Assembly (NCBI RefSeq): GCF_006345805.1
Contig: NC_043001.1
Span: 37,510,001-37,574,000, forward strand
DNA length: 64,000 bases
Direction of reading: 5' to 3'
DNA from: Octopus sinensis
Lineage: Eukaryota
A program made the translations under genes and the position numbers. The first letter of the stretch is position 1, and each line of letters opens with the position of its first letter. Positions 22,831 to 37,560 of the stretch are shown here, one piece after another. The notes beneath the pieces were generated by a model. It ran no database searches. It saw only the letters and a list, made by a program, of their open reading frames with translations, and had not been told where the DNA came from.

Positions 22831-25559
22831 AGAATTTTTTTTTTAGATGTCTTGTGATTTTATCATGCCATTGTTACATCTTTTTTTTTTTATGCAAACA
22901 TTTTTTAATGTACAGCAGTGTTTAAGTATCAGTGAGTCACATCAATTACTTTAGGGGTTTTTTTTTACGATGCTACTGTGTTGGAGAAATCTCTCTTTTA
23001 CTCTTTTACTTGTTTCAGTCGTTTGACTGCAGCCATGCTGGAGCACCACTTTTAGTCGAGCAAATCAACCCCAGGACTTATTCTATTGGTCTCTTTTGCC
23101 AAACTGCTAAGTTACGGTGACGTAAACACACCAGCAAGCGATGTTGGGGGGGAGGGGAGACAAACACACACACATATACATATATATGATGGGCTTCTTT
23201 CAGTTTCCGTCTACTAAATCCACTCACAAGGCTTTGGTCGGCCCGAGGCTATAGTAGAAGACACTTGCCCAAGGTGCCACGCAGTGGGACTGAACCCAGA
23301 ATCATGTAGTTGGTAAACAAACTACTTACCACACAGTCACTCCTGCACCTCTCCGGAAACAAACTTTTATTGTTATTTTTCAGGATGATTTTTTTTATTT
23401 TTATTTTGGTAAATAAACTCACACACTATATACTTGTTCTACACTTCAGCTTTATTATTGTTCTTGTTTTAGTGTCCTTTGTCTGAAATCTTTCATCACA
23501 CATCCTGTGATCCCTTCAGTGACTCTCTCTTCCATGTGTCTCCTCCTGTCCTGTTTAGTCCATTCAGAATGGGTGAATATATTGTGTGTGTGTGTGTTTA
23601 TTTGTCAAAAGAAAAAATAATGACTATTCCGATATATAATAATATCTGTTTCAACACACGATTTCACATCAAGAATCTTGCAAAACAAATACATTAAACT
23701 TTTTCTTTCACAATACAAGTCAGGTAGTGACTAAGTCGTTATTGTGATACAATTATCAAACATTATGGTCAAAATGAAAAATCTTTTGTTGATAAAATAC
23801 TGTAATTATTTCTTGTAAAAAAAATTCCTCAGTAAAAATAGTTAAGTAGTTTTATCATTTTACAGTTAAATAATTTGTGTTAAGAATATCCAACTTTAAA
23901 AACACATTTAACAGTTCTGACAAGTGTTGAATTTTCAGAATCCACTTCTGATGCATGTGGAAACTGATAAAAATGGTTAGCATCTGAGTGGTGAGAATCT
24001 AGAGTCTTAAAGACTGTTAGTCTTGTCATGTCAAGGGCATAACAACCTCTGCCAAGATTAAATACCTCACCTGTACACCCTGTAAAGTGGTTGATAATAG
24101 GAATAACACCCAGCCATAGAAACCGAACCTAAAAAAAAATGTACAAGTGAGATGTGGTCCTTCAACCAATCTATAAAGACAGTAACTCCAAATTAGTACT
24201 TACCTGGAGTGTGATGACCTGTCCAACTCATGCAAACATGAAAAGTGGATGTAAAATGATGGTGATTCCTTTAGTTTTCTTTATATCTGCAGTTATGGTA
24301 ATTTTTCCTTATATCAGCAGTTAGGATAATTTTAAAGTACTTTTAACTAGCCACAGGACCCTGTGTTTCCAGGCAGAAAAGGAAATAGAATATTCTTATA
24401 CTCATCTGGTACTCCAGAGTATTAGCAGTTAAGTAAAATGACTTCTGCATTACATACTTGACTTAATGAGTAATTATTTCTTTTTCTTCAGCATTCTCTA
24501 AGTTCTAGTGACATCAGTACTACTCTTGCTATTTTTCCTTGTGAAATAGTGAAATACTTATACCATGGTAATTTTCTATAGCCTCTCTATTATCATCATC
24601 ATTATCATTGCTATTCTTTCATTCATTTTTCTGTGTCACATGGGTTGGGCAGGTCATCATAGCCTGAGTTCTGTTCTTATTTGGAGCTACTGCCACCTCC
24701 TAAATGGGTTGGGGATCACATCTCACTTGTACATTACATATTTTTTGATATGTTTGCTGTAGCTAGATACATTTTATTGTGGCAGCTACATTCGAGATTG
24801 TTTTGGTTTAGAAAAGACTGTTTTTTTCTTCACCATCATTAGAAGGTTGTCTCATCTCCAGCAGGCAAAAAGGAAGTATGGAAAGATCGCCAGCATGAGG
24901 GGCATAGAAATGACCCAGTGGTAGGCGTGGACAATAGGGGTGAAAGTGAAAGAAGAGAGAGAGAGAGAGCGATAAAATGCTACAAGATGATTGTTGGTAA
25001 AGAGATTCAAAAGGGCTGATGGGGGAAGAGAAAGTGATAGGAAGGAGACTATGGTGGAAGAAGAAGGATTGGAAATAAGAGTAGATAACAGTGATTAATA
25101 ATGGAAGAGAGAGTGTATGTGTGTATGAGAGAGAGAGAAATGGATAGCTATGAAGATGAGTGATAGTAAAGGAGTAGTGGTGATAGGTGTCAATAATGAA
25201 TGATAGATGAAGTATTGGGAGAGAGAGGGAATTATGGTTAACTATGAAGAAGTAGCGATTGAATACAGACAAATTCAATGCACTGTTATCTATCGTTATG
25301 CATTCCATGATGAGTGAGAAACAGTGATAATAGGGAGGTGTATTGGCTGGGGAAGAGAGTGTGATAGGTGAGTCTAAGGAAGCAAATGGAAGAATGATAC
25401 ATTGAGACTTAATATGAACAGAATAGTTAGGAGAAACCAAAACGTAGACATTTTACATCCCAATCTCTATCATCATAGTTTATACATCTTGTTTCTTCAT
25501 GCTCATGGGCTGTGCAGGCTCTCTTTAGTAAAGCATGTCTCAAATCTCTGTCCTTTTTA

Positions 25560-26260
25560 TTCTCCTTCATTTGGTTCAACATCTTGGGATCCCATGGCCT
25601 CCCTTTTCCACAGGTTCCATCTACTCTGAGTATTTGGAACTTCTTTATTCAGCTGGCATCCTCCATATTCATCACATGCCAGTACCAGCACAGTCTTGTA
25701 TATTCTGATTCTTCTTTTTTGTCCCTTTTCTTCTCTCAGCTTATTTATGCTCCATTGTTCATGCACACTACACATCCATCAGAGCATTTTCACCTCTTTT
25801 CTTTCCAGCTTTCTCAAAAACTCTGCATTCAAAGATCATGTCTTGCTGTACAAATATTACATAACCTACCTTTTACTCTGAAAGAGAATCACTTTATTGC
25901 CAGCAGAGGCATTAACATTCTGAACTTCTTCCGACACATTCTTACTCTGTCTATTATACTTTGCAAGTGTTTATCTTCACCACTAATTACATCATTTAGA
26001 TAACAAAAGATATCAACTACTACTAAGTTTTTAATGGAATTCCTCTCACTTGTACTCTTACCGCTAGCTACTCAGGTGCAACCACCGCATTTGGAGTTTA
26101 CCTTCCTTGTTATCCTATCTGTGATCCCATTGTGCCTCGTGCATCCATGCTTTATGATGGGTACACTATAAGGAATACCTGCTTACTCATTTTCTGCATA
26201 TCTATTTTAATTATCCAGTCCACATCATTTATCTTCATCAATTGACTAGACTTGATACCA
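25560..26260 (-). mobile_element. RTE LINE 3' fragment
   Basis: Recognisable homology to the 3' part of the 60.6-62 kb element. Confidence 0.55.
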
Positions 26261-27246
26261 AATACATTAAGCATTATTTTCATTCATTTAGAAACATTCC
26301 TCATACTTAAGATAGCAAGACCATATATTCTTTCTCAACAAATTGATGACTTCTAAAATGACTCCCACAGTAATATATCCTATAACTTAGCTTCTATAAT
26401 CCTTGTGCATGACATATTTTTGAACAGAAGTTTCCTGTGTAAAATTGATTCAAAACAATGGTTTCATAAAATTCACTATTAGTTTAAAAGAATTTGGTTA
26501 CTCTGGCATAAAAAATGCAATATTATTGAAACTTTTATTGAATTTTATAATTAATGAAAAATTGTAGGTTTTTGATATTTTTTGCTGAATCCAAAAACTT
26601 AATTGTTGCTATAATTTCAGAAAATTCTAGCTAAATCACTGAAAAGTACACAATCTTTCTAATTTATCCAAAGATTACCTTGAAGAAAACTACTTATAAG
26701 AATATCTTCTTTACATTTTGAGTTTAAATCCTGCCAGTCAACATTGTTTTTTTCTTGCTTTCAGGGTCAATAAAAACAAGTGCATCTCTTTTCAGCTATG
26801 AGCCCTGAGTCATTCCAGTCATTGCAGGGTTTTACTTGACTAGGGTTTCTAATGTGTGTATGGCAATCTCATTTACAGTAACTGCACTTCTTGAGGAGAT
26901 GTAACTACCTATTTTTATAGGAATCCTCTTCAAGCTCTTAAGTTTTTTTCTCGCTTTCCTTTAATCTTCCTTGAAGTCAGATTGGTTGCCAGTCATTTTA
27001 TCCCAGCCTTTCACATCCATACCATGCTCTATCACACACCACTCACACAATGAACAAATACTGAAATTCACTACTGTATTCTTTATACAATGTATTCTCA
27101 TTAAATATTCACCATTAATCAAGTTAATGTATATATACACTCTAGCAGGCTAAACTGGTAGCTGCAGTTCATAATTCTATGACAGCAAGTATTTGATCAC
27201 CTATCATTGAAATATGAGCTATTGTATATCATTTGTTTATGACTTA

Positions 27247-27290
<44 letters not shown>

Positions 27291-27750
27291 CTTTAGTATT
27301 TCATTTGCAATGTTCTGTTTAAGAACTGAAGAAGTCAATGGAAAGTTGTTTCATTAGTCAGCTTCACCGAGAGAATTCAGTCATCTGTGTCAGCATTACC
27401 TTTAGAACTGAGTCCTGGTTGTGCCAATTCATATCCTAGTCTTATACAATCCATATTGAATTGAAAGTTTATTAAGCAAAGGATTTCATCATGGTTATAT
27501 ATGCCCACTTTACAGCAATGTCATTGGCCTTAATCTGTGGTCCCCAATGTTTAAGAGGACTAAAAAGTACATCATCATGATCATTGTTTTAACATCCACT
27601 TTCTATGCTTGCATGGGTCTGATGGAGTTGATTGAGACAGATTTTTTTCAGCTAGATATATTTCTGCAGAATATTAGAAATGAATGACACTACTTTTACA
27701 ACTATCCCATGACGTCAGTGCCAAAGAAATCTCTCTCTCTCTCTCTCTCA

Positions 27751-27788
<38 letters not shown>

Positions 27789-28010
27789 AGGATGGGCTTT
27801 TCAGTTTCTGTCTACTGAATTTACTAACAAGTCATTTTTTGGCCTGGGGCTATAGTAGAAGACATTTGCTTGTTCAAGGTGCTGTGCAGTGGGACTAAAT
27901 CTCAAAACCATGTAGTTGAAAAGCAAACCTTTTAACTGCACAGCCACTCTTGTGGAATAGTATTATACATACACAGGCCAGCATAGAAAATGGATGATAA
28001 ATGATGATAT

Positions 28011-28042
<32 letters not shown>

Positions 28043-28080
28043 GTACATTGGTGTTATATAAATGTGTATGTATGTGTGTT

Positions 28081-28120
<40 letters not shown>

Positions 28121-28970
28121 TATATGGCATACGGCCATGATCGGTTGGTGCTTTTACATGTCACTGACACGGACGCCAGTCAGGCGGCACTGGCATCTGC
28201 CACATTCGGCTGCTTCTTTTTACGTGTCACCAGCATGGGTATTTTAACTACAATTTCCATTTGATACGTCAACAACAACATCAAAATTAAAATCAAATGG
28301 AAATTGTAGTTAAGATATCCGTGCTGGTGACACGTAAAAAGCACCATCCGAATGTGGCAGATGCCAGCGCCACCTGACTGGCATCTGTGTCGGTGACACG
28401 TAAAAGCATCCACCGATTGTGGTCATTTGCCAGCCTGCCCTGGCCCTCGTGCCGGTGGCACGTAAAAAGCACCCACTACACTCATGGAGTGGTTGGCATT
28501 AGGAAGGGCATCCAGCTGTAGAAACACTGCTAGATTAGACTGGAGCCTGGTGCAGCCTCCTGGCTTCCCAGACCCCGGTCGAACCGTCCAACCCATGCTA
28601 GCATGGAAAACAGACGTTAAACGATGATGATGATGTATGTATTTTATATTTCTTATACTCCTTGCTATATTTGTTAAGCTGATACTCTGTTGGCTGTTAT
28701 GTGTAGCGTATGACCAATAAAAATAAAATTCATGCAGTTCTCTTTCTTTTTCACTTCTCAAATTCTTCTCTTCCTGTCATTTTGTTGTTTTTTTATGTAG
28801 GGAAGAGTAAGGAGGCAAGCCATTTCCCTGGATTAAATCTTATAGATATTGGCTATATTCCAATTTATTAGACTAATGCATTTCTACAGACAATGAAGTA
28901 TTTGAATTGGAAGAGTTATAGCTAATTGCTCATATATTGTTTACACTTTACAACTCTTTGTCATGACTAC

Positions 28971-29014
<44 letters not shown>

Positions 29015-29379
29015 ACCTATGCTGGTCGCACATAACTGGTGCCAGCACCACCTGACTGGCGTCTGTGTCGGTGACACGTAAAAAGCACCAACTGATTGTG
29101 GCTATTTGCCAGCCTCCTCTGGCCCCTAAGCCAGTGGCACATAAAAAGCACCCACTACACTCACAGAGTGATTGGCGTTAGGAAGTGCTCTTCCTAACGC
29201 CAATCCAGCTGTAGAAACACTGCCAGATCAGACTGGAGCCTGGCACAGCCTCCTGGCTTCCCAGACCCCAGTCGAACTGTCCAACCCATGCTAGCATGAA
29301 AAACGGACGTTAAACGATGTTGATGGTGATGATGATGATGATTGATATATATATAACTTGCTGTCATCAGTTTAGTGTT

Positions 29380-29815
29380 TTGAGCGTACCCTTATCTATG
29401 GTCATGAATCTTGGGTAATGATCAAAAGAATATGATCACAAATAGAAGCAACTGAGATTCGGTTCCTGTGAAGGGTCTTTGGAGAACATCACTTGATAAA
29501 CTGCATAGCTTAGAGATGAGAGAGGTACTCCAGGTAGAGCTGTGATTTCTCCAAACTGAGAGGTCACAGTTCTGATACTACGGACATGTGGTAAAACTGT
29601 GACTGTTTTGGGAAAGAATCACTGGACAGGTTTTATGGGTAAAAAAACCCAACAGGAGACCTAGGAATAGATGGTCGAATACATCAATGAGCTCAGGTAG
29701 TCTCAGGGATCCAGCTAGATCAATTGGAGACGGTTGAGACAAGACTTGATGGAAGGCGTGCTTGAGGACTGCCCCCATGACCCTCCCAGGAACAGTGGGC
29801 AGAAAAGATGAGATG
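29380..29815 (+). mobile_element. RTE LINE 3' fragment (different subfamily)
   Basis: P.L.YGHESW, QF.YYGHV and R.PRNRW-like remnants. Confidence 0.5.
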
Positions 29816-29918
29816 AGATAATATATAATATATATATATATATATTCACACACACACACATGTATATCTATGAGATAACTTAGATAGGTTTTAGTTAGTA
29901 TAGGCCCAGGCAATGTCT

Positions 29919-29963
<45 letters not shown>

Positions 29964-29974
29964 ATATATATATA

Positions 29975-30354
29975 CTAGCAGTATGACCTGGCAACGCCGG
30001 GTTATAGTGCTAGTGCATGCATATACAGCTGTGTACGTGTACACATACACGCAAGTACTGTCCAAATCTCCAACCAGTCACATACAGCTAGCTAGCATTC
30101 AATTGGCGTATCAAGTTTCAGGCATTTTGATTGGGTTTTCGATAGAAAATTCACAAAACAGTCACTTCTATTGATTTTTTAATGGCTTTGCGGGGTGACT
30201 GGGGAAATGTAAAAATGTGCACGACCACCCTTGGATGGTTTTGAATGACCATAGAAAGTGTGAGCCCTCTTACTGAAAAATTGTGGATTTGTATAAAGGA
30301 TACGCACACGCACACACACACACACACACATTTTGCCATTTATATATATAGAGA
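29975..30354 (-). mobile_element. Non-autonomous Helitron-type element
   Basis: On the minus strand: A|TC 5' end, subterminal GC hairpin ACCCGGC-GTT-GCCAGGT, CTAG|T 3' end, no TSD. Confidence 0.7.
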
Positions 30355-31319
30355 TAGTGGCATGTAAAAAGCACCCACTACACTCTCGGAGTGGTTGGCA
30401 TTGGGAAGAGCATCCAGCTCTAGAAGCTCTGCCAGATCAGATTGGAGCCTGGTGTAGCCATCTGGTTTGCCAGTCCTCAGTCAAATCGTCCAACCCATGC
30501 CAGATGGAAAACGGATGTTAAACAACGATGATGATGATGATGTGTATCAAAGATTACATAGTTCAATTATCCTTTAAGTTGACAGGCTGTGATTTATCCA
30601 ACCAAAAGGTGTTGGCCGAATGTTTAATGATTTATATCCTGTTATTCATACTGTGCTATGTAAAGCAAGAAACAATTCTCTGTTAACCAGCTGTTATTTC
30701 CTGTTTTAGAATGGTGATGGCGTTCAGTGATAGACATGTGTTACACATTCTGCAGTACAGCAGTACAAATGTTCTTGTTGGCAAGGGAAACTACTCCAGG
30801 TTAATATATTTTCCTTGATTATATTCAACCCTTGATGTTAACAGGGCAAAAAAATATTTGGATGTTTTTGTTGACAAAATAGTCAAATAATTGATTCTTA
30901 TGTACCAAACTCAAAAGGCTGTTTTTGTCCAATCTTCTATGCTAGTATATATGGTATTTTTAATTTTAGCAATTGTTTTTACAGCCCTTACTAACACAAC
31001 CACCATAAAAGTAGAAGTATAACCAATCTTAGGTAATCAGAGTTATGTACCTTGTCCATAAGAACACCAATGTCTGCAATGAGAGGTTTGAACTTCAGAT
31101 CATGTTAATATGTCCAGCATCTAAACAGCATAACAATAGTGCCTATGTTACATGAAGTTAAATAACTTCTTGGGTCATCTTTAAGTTTCTTATTAGCCAC
31201 TCATTATCATTCATGTCAGAATAATGGTGCTAGCTAGGGATAGATAGCAGTATTCGTAAAACATGGTATTTATGAAATTTCAAATAACTGTTGCTATCAA
31301 CCTCAGAAATTAACTTTAA

Positions 31320-31532
31320 CCCTTTTGTTACCATATTTCTGTTGAGATGTTCTTTCAATTATTTAAAATATAACAAAGAATTTAGTAAAATAACTTGGTT
31401 ATCATTAAGATAGTGTTAGGAACATAAATTTTGACTAGGGTTTGGTGGGAAATTTTAATTCGAAACTTCTGAGAACAAGACATTTGTACTACAGAGCCAG
31501 AGGCGGTTTCAGCCAGGTTGGTATCGAAAGGG
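31320..31532. mobile_element. piggyBac-type MITE
   Basis: TTAA|CCCTTT...AAAGGG|TTAA. Confidence 0.75.
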
Positions 31533-32846
31533 TTAAAGTTGTGCAAATATTTTATATTTATTAATCTGGAGAGGAGCTTCAATGGCCATTGTCTTTTCAG
31601 GATTCCTGAACTGGTGAATAGAAATAAATAAAATTTAACTTCAAGAAAGGGTTAGTGAAAGCCTGTAAAACAATGCACCGATAGTATGTATACAACCAAC
31701 CATGCTAGCAGAAGGCTGTAGTTAAAGTGAAAGGAAGTAAGATTAGTCTATAGATTTTGAGATATTAGTCATTATTTAACTTCAACTTCAATTCATCTTT
31801 TCTTTTCAGATGCTTAATAAATTCATCTACATAGAGGTTAATTCCATGTACATATTCTATGGCATAGTGTAAATCTGTAAGGTCCAGGTTTACAGTGATC
31901 GTCAGCTTGTATCCCTGTTGCAGATAGAACATTTTCATGCAAGAGTAAGTTGTCTTCAGTTCTGACTTATGCATGTAGCTTGTTGAATATGTGGTTGTTA
32001 AATATTTATTGTTGTATGTTTTTTTTTATTGATTGCTGAACATGATGTGCCATAGTTCACTGATAATTTGAAGGTATTAATTCAGATATGAATCTACCTT
32101 AACCAAAGAATAAAAGAGGACATTGAAATAAAGCATTGTTTTTAAACAAGTTAAGAAATTATAATTAAAATGATTTAATAAGATTCAAAGTTGCAATTGG
32201 CTTAGTAACTAATTTGCTGATCTATTAATAACAGGGTTAATATTTTGTACCCTGCCTATGGTGTATTACAATGTGTCCCTGGCAAACATATTTAGCTCTC
32301 AACAGCTGCCTGCACTCAGCTGTAAATAGTAAACCATGAAGTGGAACAATTTACTACTTTGAACAGTGATAGCCATGTTAAATGTGTTTTGGTAGCGTCT
32401 CATGCTGAGCATAATTTTTCTGGTTGGTAAAACTCTAATAGATTGGCATCCTATCCTCAGGTAGTTGAAGGTTTATACCCTCAAAAGTGGGATAAGCTCT
32501 GACATACAAGTAATACATTGGAAAAAACCCAAAAAAACTTTGAAATATTTTCCACACAAGAAGTAAACTTTAAAAGAAATAAAAAAACAACAGAACAAAA
32601 TCTTAGAGGTAGAAGGTTCCAAAATTTATTTATTCATTTGGTTAATTCACCAGATAACAAATATTATAAGCACTAAAACACATGGTTTATATCACCATAA
32701 TGATTATATATCAAAAGAAATTAAGCGAGATAAAATTAATTGCTTCAAAAAAGTTATCGTCACATGTAGAAATATATAGTTATACATACAAAATAACATT
32801 AATTTGTTTTTAATTGATATTCTGTTGCTTGATTATCATGGTGGTG

Positions 32847-32897
<51 letters not shown>

Positions 32898-34029
32898 TGG
32901 AATGTTATTGTTAGTGTTACTTTTATTTTCTTGATTGAAAAATTTTCTATAGAAACTAGCAACATATACAAACTCAAATTATTTTCTCTTTTTCATTCTT
33001 ACAAAGCTAAATACAATGCTTACAAAAATAGTTAACAAACATTCTTTTTCTCTTTCTGCCATTGGTGTCAATGATGAAAAATAATTATGATTTTCTAACA
33101 TTGGCACAAGGCCACATGGTTTCAGAGAAGGGTATAATCGATTTAACCAACCCAACATGTTACTGGTACTTATTTTATCAACACTGGAGGGATGAAACGC
33201 GGCAAGGTTGACGCAAAAGGATTCAAACGCAAAACATAAAGAGATGTAACTAAATATCATCATCATCATCATCATCGTTTAGCATCCGCTTTCTATGCTG
33301 GCATGGGTTGGATGGTGTAACTGGGGTCTGGGAAGCCAGAAGGCTGCACCAGGCCCAGTCTGATCTGGCAATGTTTCTACAGCTGGATGGCCTTCCTAAC
33401 GCCAACCACTCCATGAGTGTAGTGGATGCTTTTTACGTGCCAGACGAGGCTGGCAAACGGCCACGATCGGATGGTGCTTTCTACGTGCCACCGGCACGGA
33501 AGCCAGTCGGGGCGGCGCTGGCAATGGCCACGTTTGGATGGTTCTCTTATGTGCCACCGCACACAAGGAATTTAGATTAACAACAACAACAATAATAGTA
33601 ATGTTAATGGTGAGTATGAGGATAATTTTAAATATTGGCGCAAATATATATGGAAGAACATGGACAACTGAATCAACTTCCAGTACCTATTTCATCAACT
33701 TTAGAAGGAATCGAACTCAGTTAAAAGCTGAAAGGAGTTTTGTCTGGCACTCTCCTGTTTCAGCCATTCCTCTAGAATGATTTCTCTTGAAATAAGAATT
33801 AGTCCCAATATTGGCACAATGCCGCAAATTTTGTGAGGGGTGAACAGCTAATTAAACTATCTTCAGCACCTGACTAGCACTTACTTTACTAACCCTTCGT
33901 GGATAAAAGGTAAAGATGATCCTGCAAGAATTTGAACTTACAATGTAAAAAGACATTTTCCATCTTATTACAATTGTCGCTGGTAATAATGATGCAATAT
34001 TACCACTATTGCTGCTCATAATTGTGTGT

Positions 34030-34090
<61 letters not shown>

Positions 34091-34331
34091 TATACATATA
34101 TACATATATATATATACATACATAATACATACATACATATATACATAACTCCAAGAAAGTTAGGGGTTGTGAATCCAACCCACTAAGGGATAATATCTAG
34201 CCAATATACTGTTGGTAGAATACCCAATTATTAATCCACAAGTGATTTTTATTGCATTGCAATAACATTACCTAGTATATTAAAATGGGTGAAGATAAAG
34301 AGATATTTTACCATTAATTTATATCGAAAGA

Positions 34332-34699
34332 AAGAAAATGGAGGAGAACAATAGGTGGTTCATCAACTTTTGGACATTAAAATGTTAACTTATTTATTTA
34401 TTAAACTGATAATTATAATAACATACATATAGCATATTATTCTTTGCATATAAGATATAAAATATATTAATATATAAGGATACCAGTAAATATTATAAAA
34501 AATATGAATATAAATTGGTAAAATAACTTACAGCTGTTTCAGCCAATAGATAAAAGTACCTCATTCTGCCTATATTACTCAAGTGGATTGAGGTAATAGG
34601 CAGATGAACATGAGGTACTTGTATATATCTCTAGGCTTCATCAGAGATAGTCCAAAAGTTGATGAACCACCTATTGTTCTCCTCCATTTTCTTATTTGC
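34332..34699 (-). mobile_element. Hammerhead-bearing pLTR-like element with 44-bp perfect inverted ends (ribozyme 34523-34649)
   Basis: 34332-34375 is the exact reverse complement of 34650-34693. Minus strand reads CUGAUGA-AGCC...GGCU-GAAA-CAGCUG-UA. Confidence 0.7.
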
Positions 34700-34700
34700 C

Positions 34701-34731
<31 letters not shown>

Positions 34732-35063
34732 TGTATGTATGTATGTATGTGTGGATATATATATATGTATACATATATATATATGTATATATACATATAT
34801 ATACATGTATATATGTATATATATGTACATATATATGTGAATGCATATATATGTGTGTATGTATATATATGCATATATATGTGTATATATATATATGTGT
34901 GTGTGTATGTGTGTTTATATAAGTATGTATAATATAGAATGATCTAAGTGATATGATATATATATAAAAAATGTAATATACAAATAAATATCTGTAAATA
35001 TAAACCATCCAATCTTCTGAGTACCTCATTTCTTCTAATATATATATATATATTATATATATA

Positions 35064-35120
<57 letters not shown>

Positions 35121-35245
35121 TAAAACAGGTAAGATAACAAAAGAAAGAAAGAGACCTCAATATTATGTAAATAGAGAAAATTTATCTGTAAAATAATATG
35201 TGACAATTGGCTACCGAATAATTGTCACATATTATTTTACAGATA

Positions 35246-35281
<36 letters not shown>

Positions 35282-35304
35282 CACACACATTTATATATAC
35301 ATAC

Positions 35305-35344
<40 letters not shown>

Positions 35345-35363
35345 CATATACATATATGTATAT

Positions 35364-35395
<32 letters not shown>

Positions 35396-35972
35396 GTATA
35401 CTATATATATATATATACACACATAGATATACATATATATACACATATATATACATATATATATAAACATATGTATATATATGTATATAGTATATACACA
35501 TGTGTATATATCATCATCATCATCATTTAACGTTTGCTTTCCATGCCAGTATGGGCTGGATGATTTGACTGAGGTCTGGCGAACTAGATGGCTGCACCAG
35601 ACTCCAATCTGATCTGGTAGAGTTTCTATAGCTGGATACCCTTCCTAACGCCAACCACTCCGAGAGTGTAGTGGATGCTTTTACATGCCATCGGCACGAG
35701 GGTCAGTCAAGCGGTACTGGCAATGGCCACACTCAAACGGTTCTTTTTATGTGCCACCTGCACAGGAGCCAGTCCAGCAGCATTGGCAATGACCCCACTA
35801 GAATGTTTTGTCATGTGCCAACAGCACAAGTGCCAGTAAGGCGACACAGGTAACAATCACGCACGAATGGTATTTTTTATGTGTCATCGGCATGGAGGCC
35901 AGTTTGTTGCTCTGGCAACAATCACACTCGTATGGTACTCTTAGCACTCCACTAGCACGGATGCCAGTCATA

Positions 35973-36018
<46 letters not shown>

Positions 36019-36229
36019 ATATATAATATATTCTTTTTATTCTTTTATTTGTTTCAGTCATTTGACTGTGGCCATGCTGAAGCACTGCCTTTAGTCAAAC
36101 AAATCAACCCCAAGATTTTTCTTTGTAAGCCTAGTAATTATTCTAACGATCTCTTTTGCCAAATATTTATATATACTTTGATACTTTTCAGCTAGTATTA
36201 GCCCAAGCCATGTCTAACTTAATAGCACC

Positions 36230-36775
36230 ACCCGGCAAAGTCATTCAAATCAGGAATTGAACAACATGGCCCACTCGAGGAGAGAGTTATTGTTTGCGGA
36301 GACATATCCGGGTGTATGAGGTTTATCCTGGATTTTTTAAAGGAATTTGTCCAAAGACTTCCTGAACTTTATGTGGTCTGTTTCTGCTTTAATGTGTTTT
36401 GGTGTAATGTTAAAAATCCAATTGAGGTGAAAAAATTGTGCCACATTGTTGTTATAAGATACGAGTATGATTTATGTTTTGGGCGGATAGCACAGGGTCC
36501 AAGTCCTGGGTGTATCTTAACAGTGATGCCAACATCATTTGGGCACTGCTGATGGAATATTTTCCACATCATGCAGATGTTGTAGCACTCATGGCGGCAT
36601 TGTAGGGAATAAAGCTTGAGCTTTTCTAGTTGGCCCCAATAGTCAAGGCCTGTCATGCCATCTATCTTTTCTGCAATTGACCATTGAGGTGCTACAATTC
36701 TTATGAAACTTTGTTTTGTGTGGGGAGACCACAGTGTAAAACAGTATACAAGGTGGGGTTGAGCAAAAGCAGAGA
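36230..36775 (-). mobile_element. CR1/L2-group LINE 3' fragment
   Basis: YC..LWSP..K, LDYW.QL.KLKLYSL..R motifs. Confidence 0.7.
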
Positions 36776-36789
36776 ATTGTGCCAAATTT

Positions 36790-37125
36790 TGGCATTGAAA
36801 GCTATACCAATGCCAGACTGGGATGACACTGCATAGTGCCAAAGATCCAAGCAACGCCATCACGCTCCAGGACCAGTTACTGCAACAGCCTGGGTTTCAG
36901 GGGCCCACAGCTTTTTAATATTCTCCCAAAGAGCCTGAGGAACCTGCACAAAGTAGATGTTGGCATTTTAAAATCAAAGCTAGACCTCTTCCTGTCGAGA
37001 GTCCCAGATGAACCTACTTCACATCAAGAGGTGCAAATGGGGGTAGCTGCATCAAACTCCATTCTTCACCAAGTGCCACATAATGGAGGAGGCTCTCAGT
37101 AATAACAGTGTAGCAAAACGGCAGT
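36790..37125 (+). mobile_element. CR1/L2-group LINE 3' end
   Basis: NSLGFRGPQLFNILPKSLRN....K.KLD.FL..VPDEP. Confidence 0.7.
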
Positions 37126-37230
37126 GCATCAGTATGACTGCAGCTCTGAGCTGAAACTACAGAAGAAAAGAATATGTGTGCATATGTGTGTATTATGTGT
37201 ATGTATATATGTGTGTATGTATATATATGC

Positions 37231-37279
<49 letters not shown>

Positions 37280-37342
37280 TATATATATAATATATATATA
37301 TTATATATATGCATATATATGTTATATATATATATATGCATA

Positions 37343-37388
<46 letters not shown>

Positions 37389-37390
37389 TA

Positions 37391-37428
<38 letters not shown>

Positions 37429-37517
37429 TATAGATATATTTATATATATATGTATATATATGTACACACATACTATATATATATATATATATATATGCAT
37501 ATATATATATATATATA

Positions 37518-37560
<43 letters not shown>

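Larger units (their letters stand above)
34030..37560. repeat. Cluster of long compound (TA)n/(TACA)n/(TG)n microsatellites interleaved with TEs
   Basis: Seen directly; source of the YI/HT/CV-rich spurious ORFs. Confidence 0.95.

Noticed and set aside
24808-25440. 210-aa minus-strand ORF (and similar ORFs at 46357-46931)
   Set aside because: Low-complexity purine/pyrimidine-skewed sequence with no motifs or splice support
31920-31968. Minus-strand CUGAAGA...GAAA
   Set aside because: Stems misregistered; chance match likely
36230-37125. Twin-priming inversion of a single LINE
   Set aside because: Both halves contain the homologous extreme 3' region, so they are two separate elements
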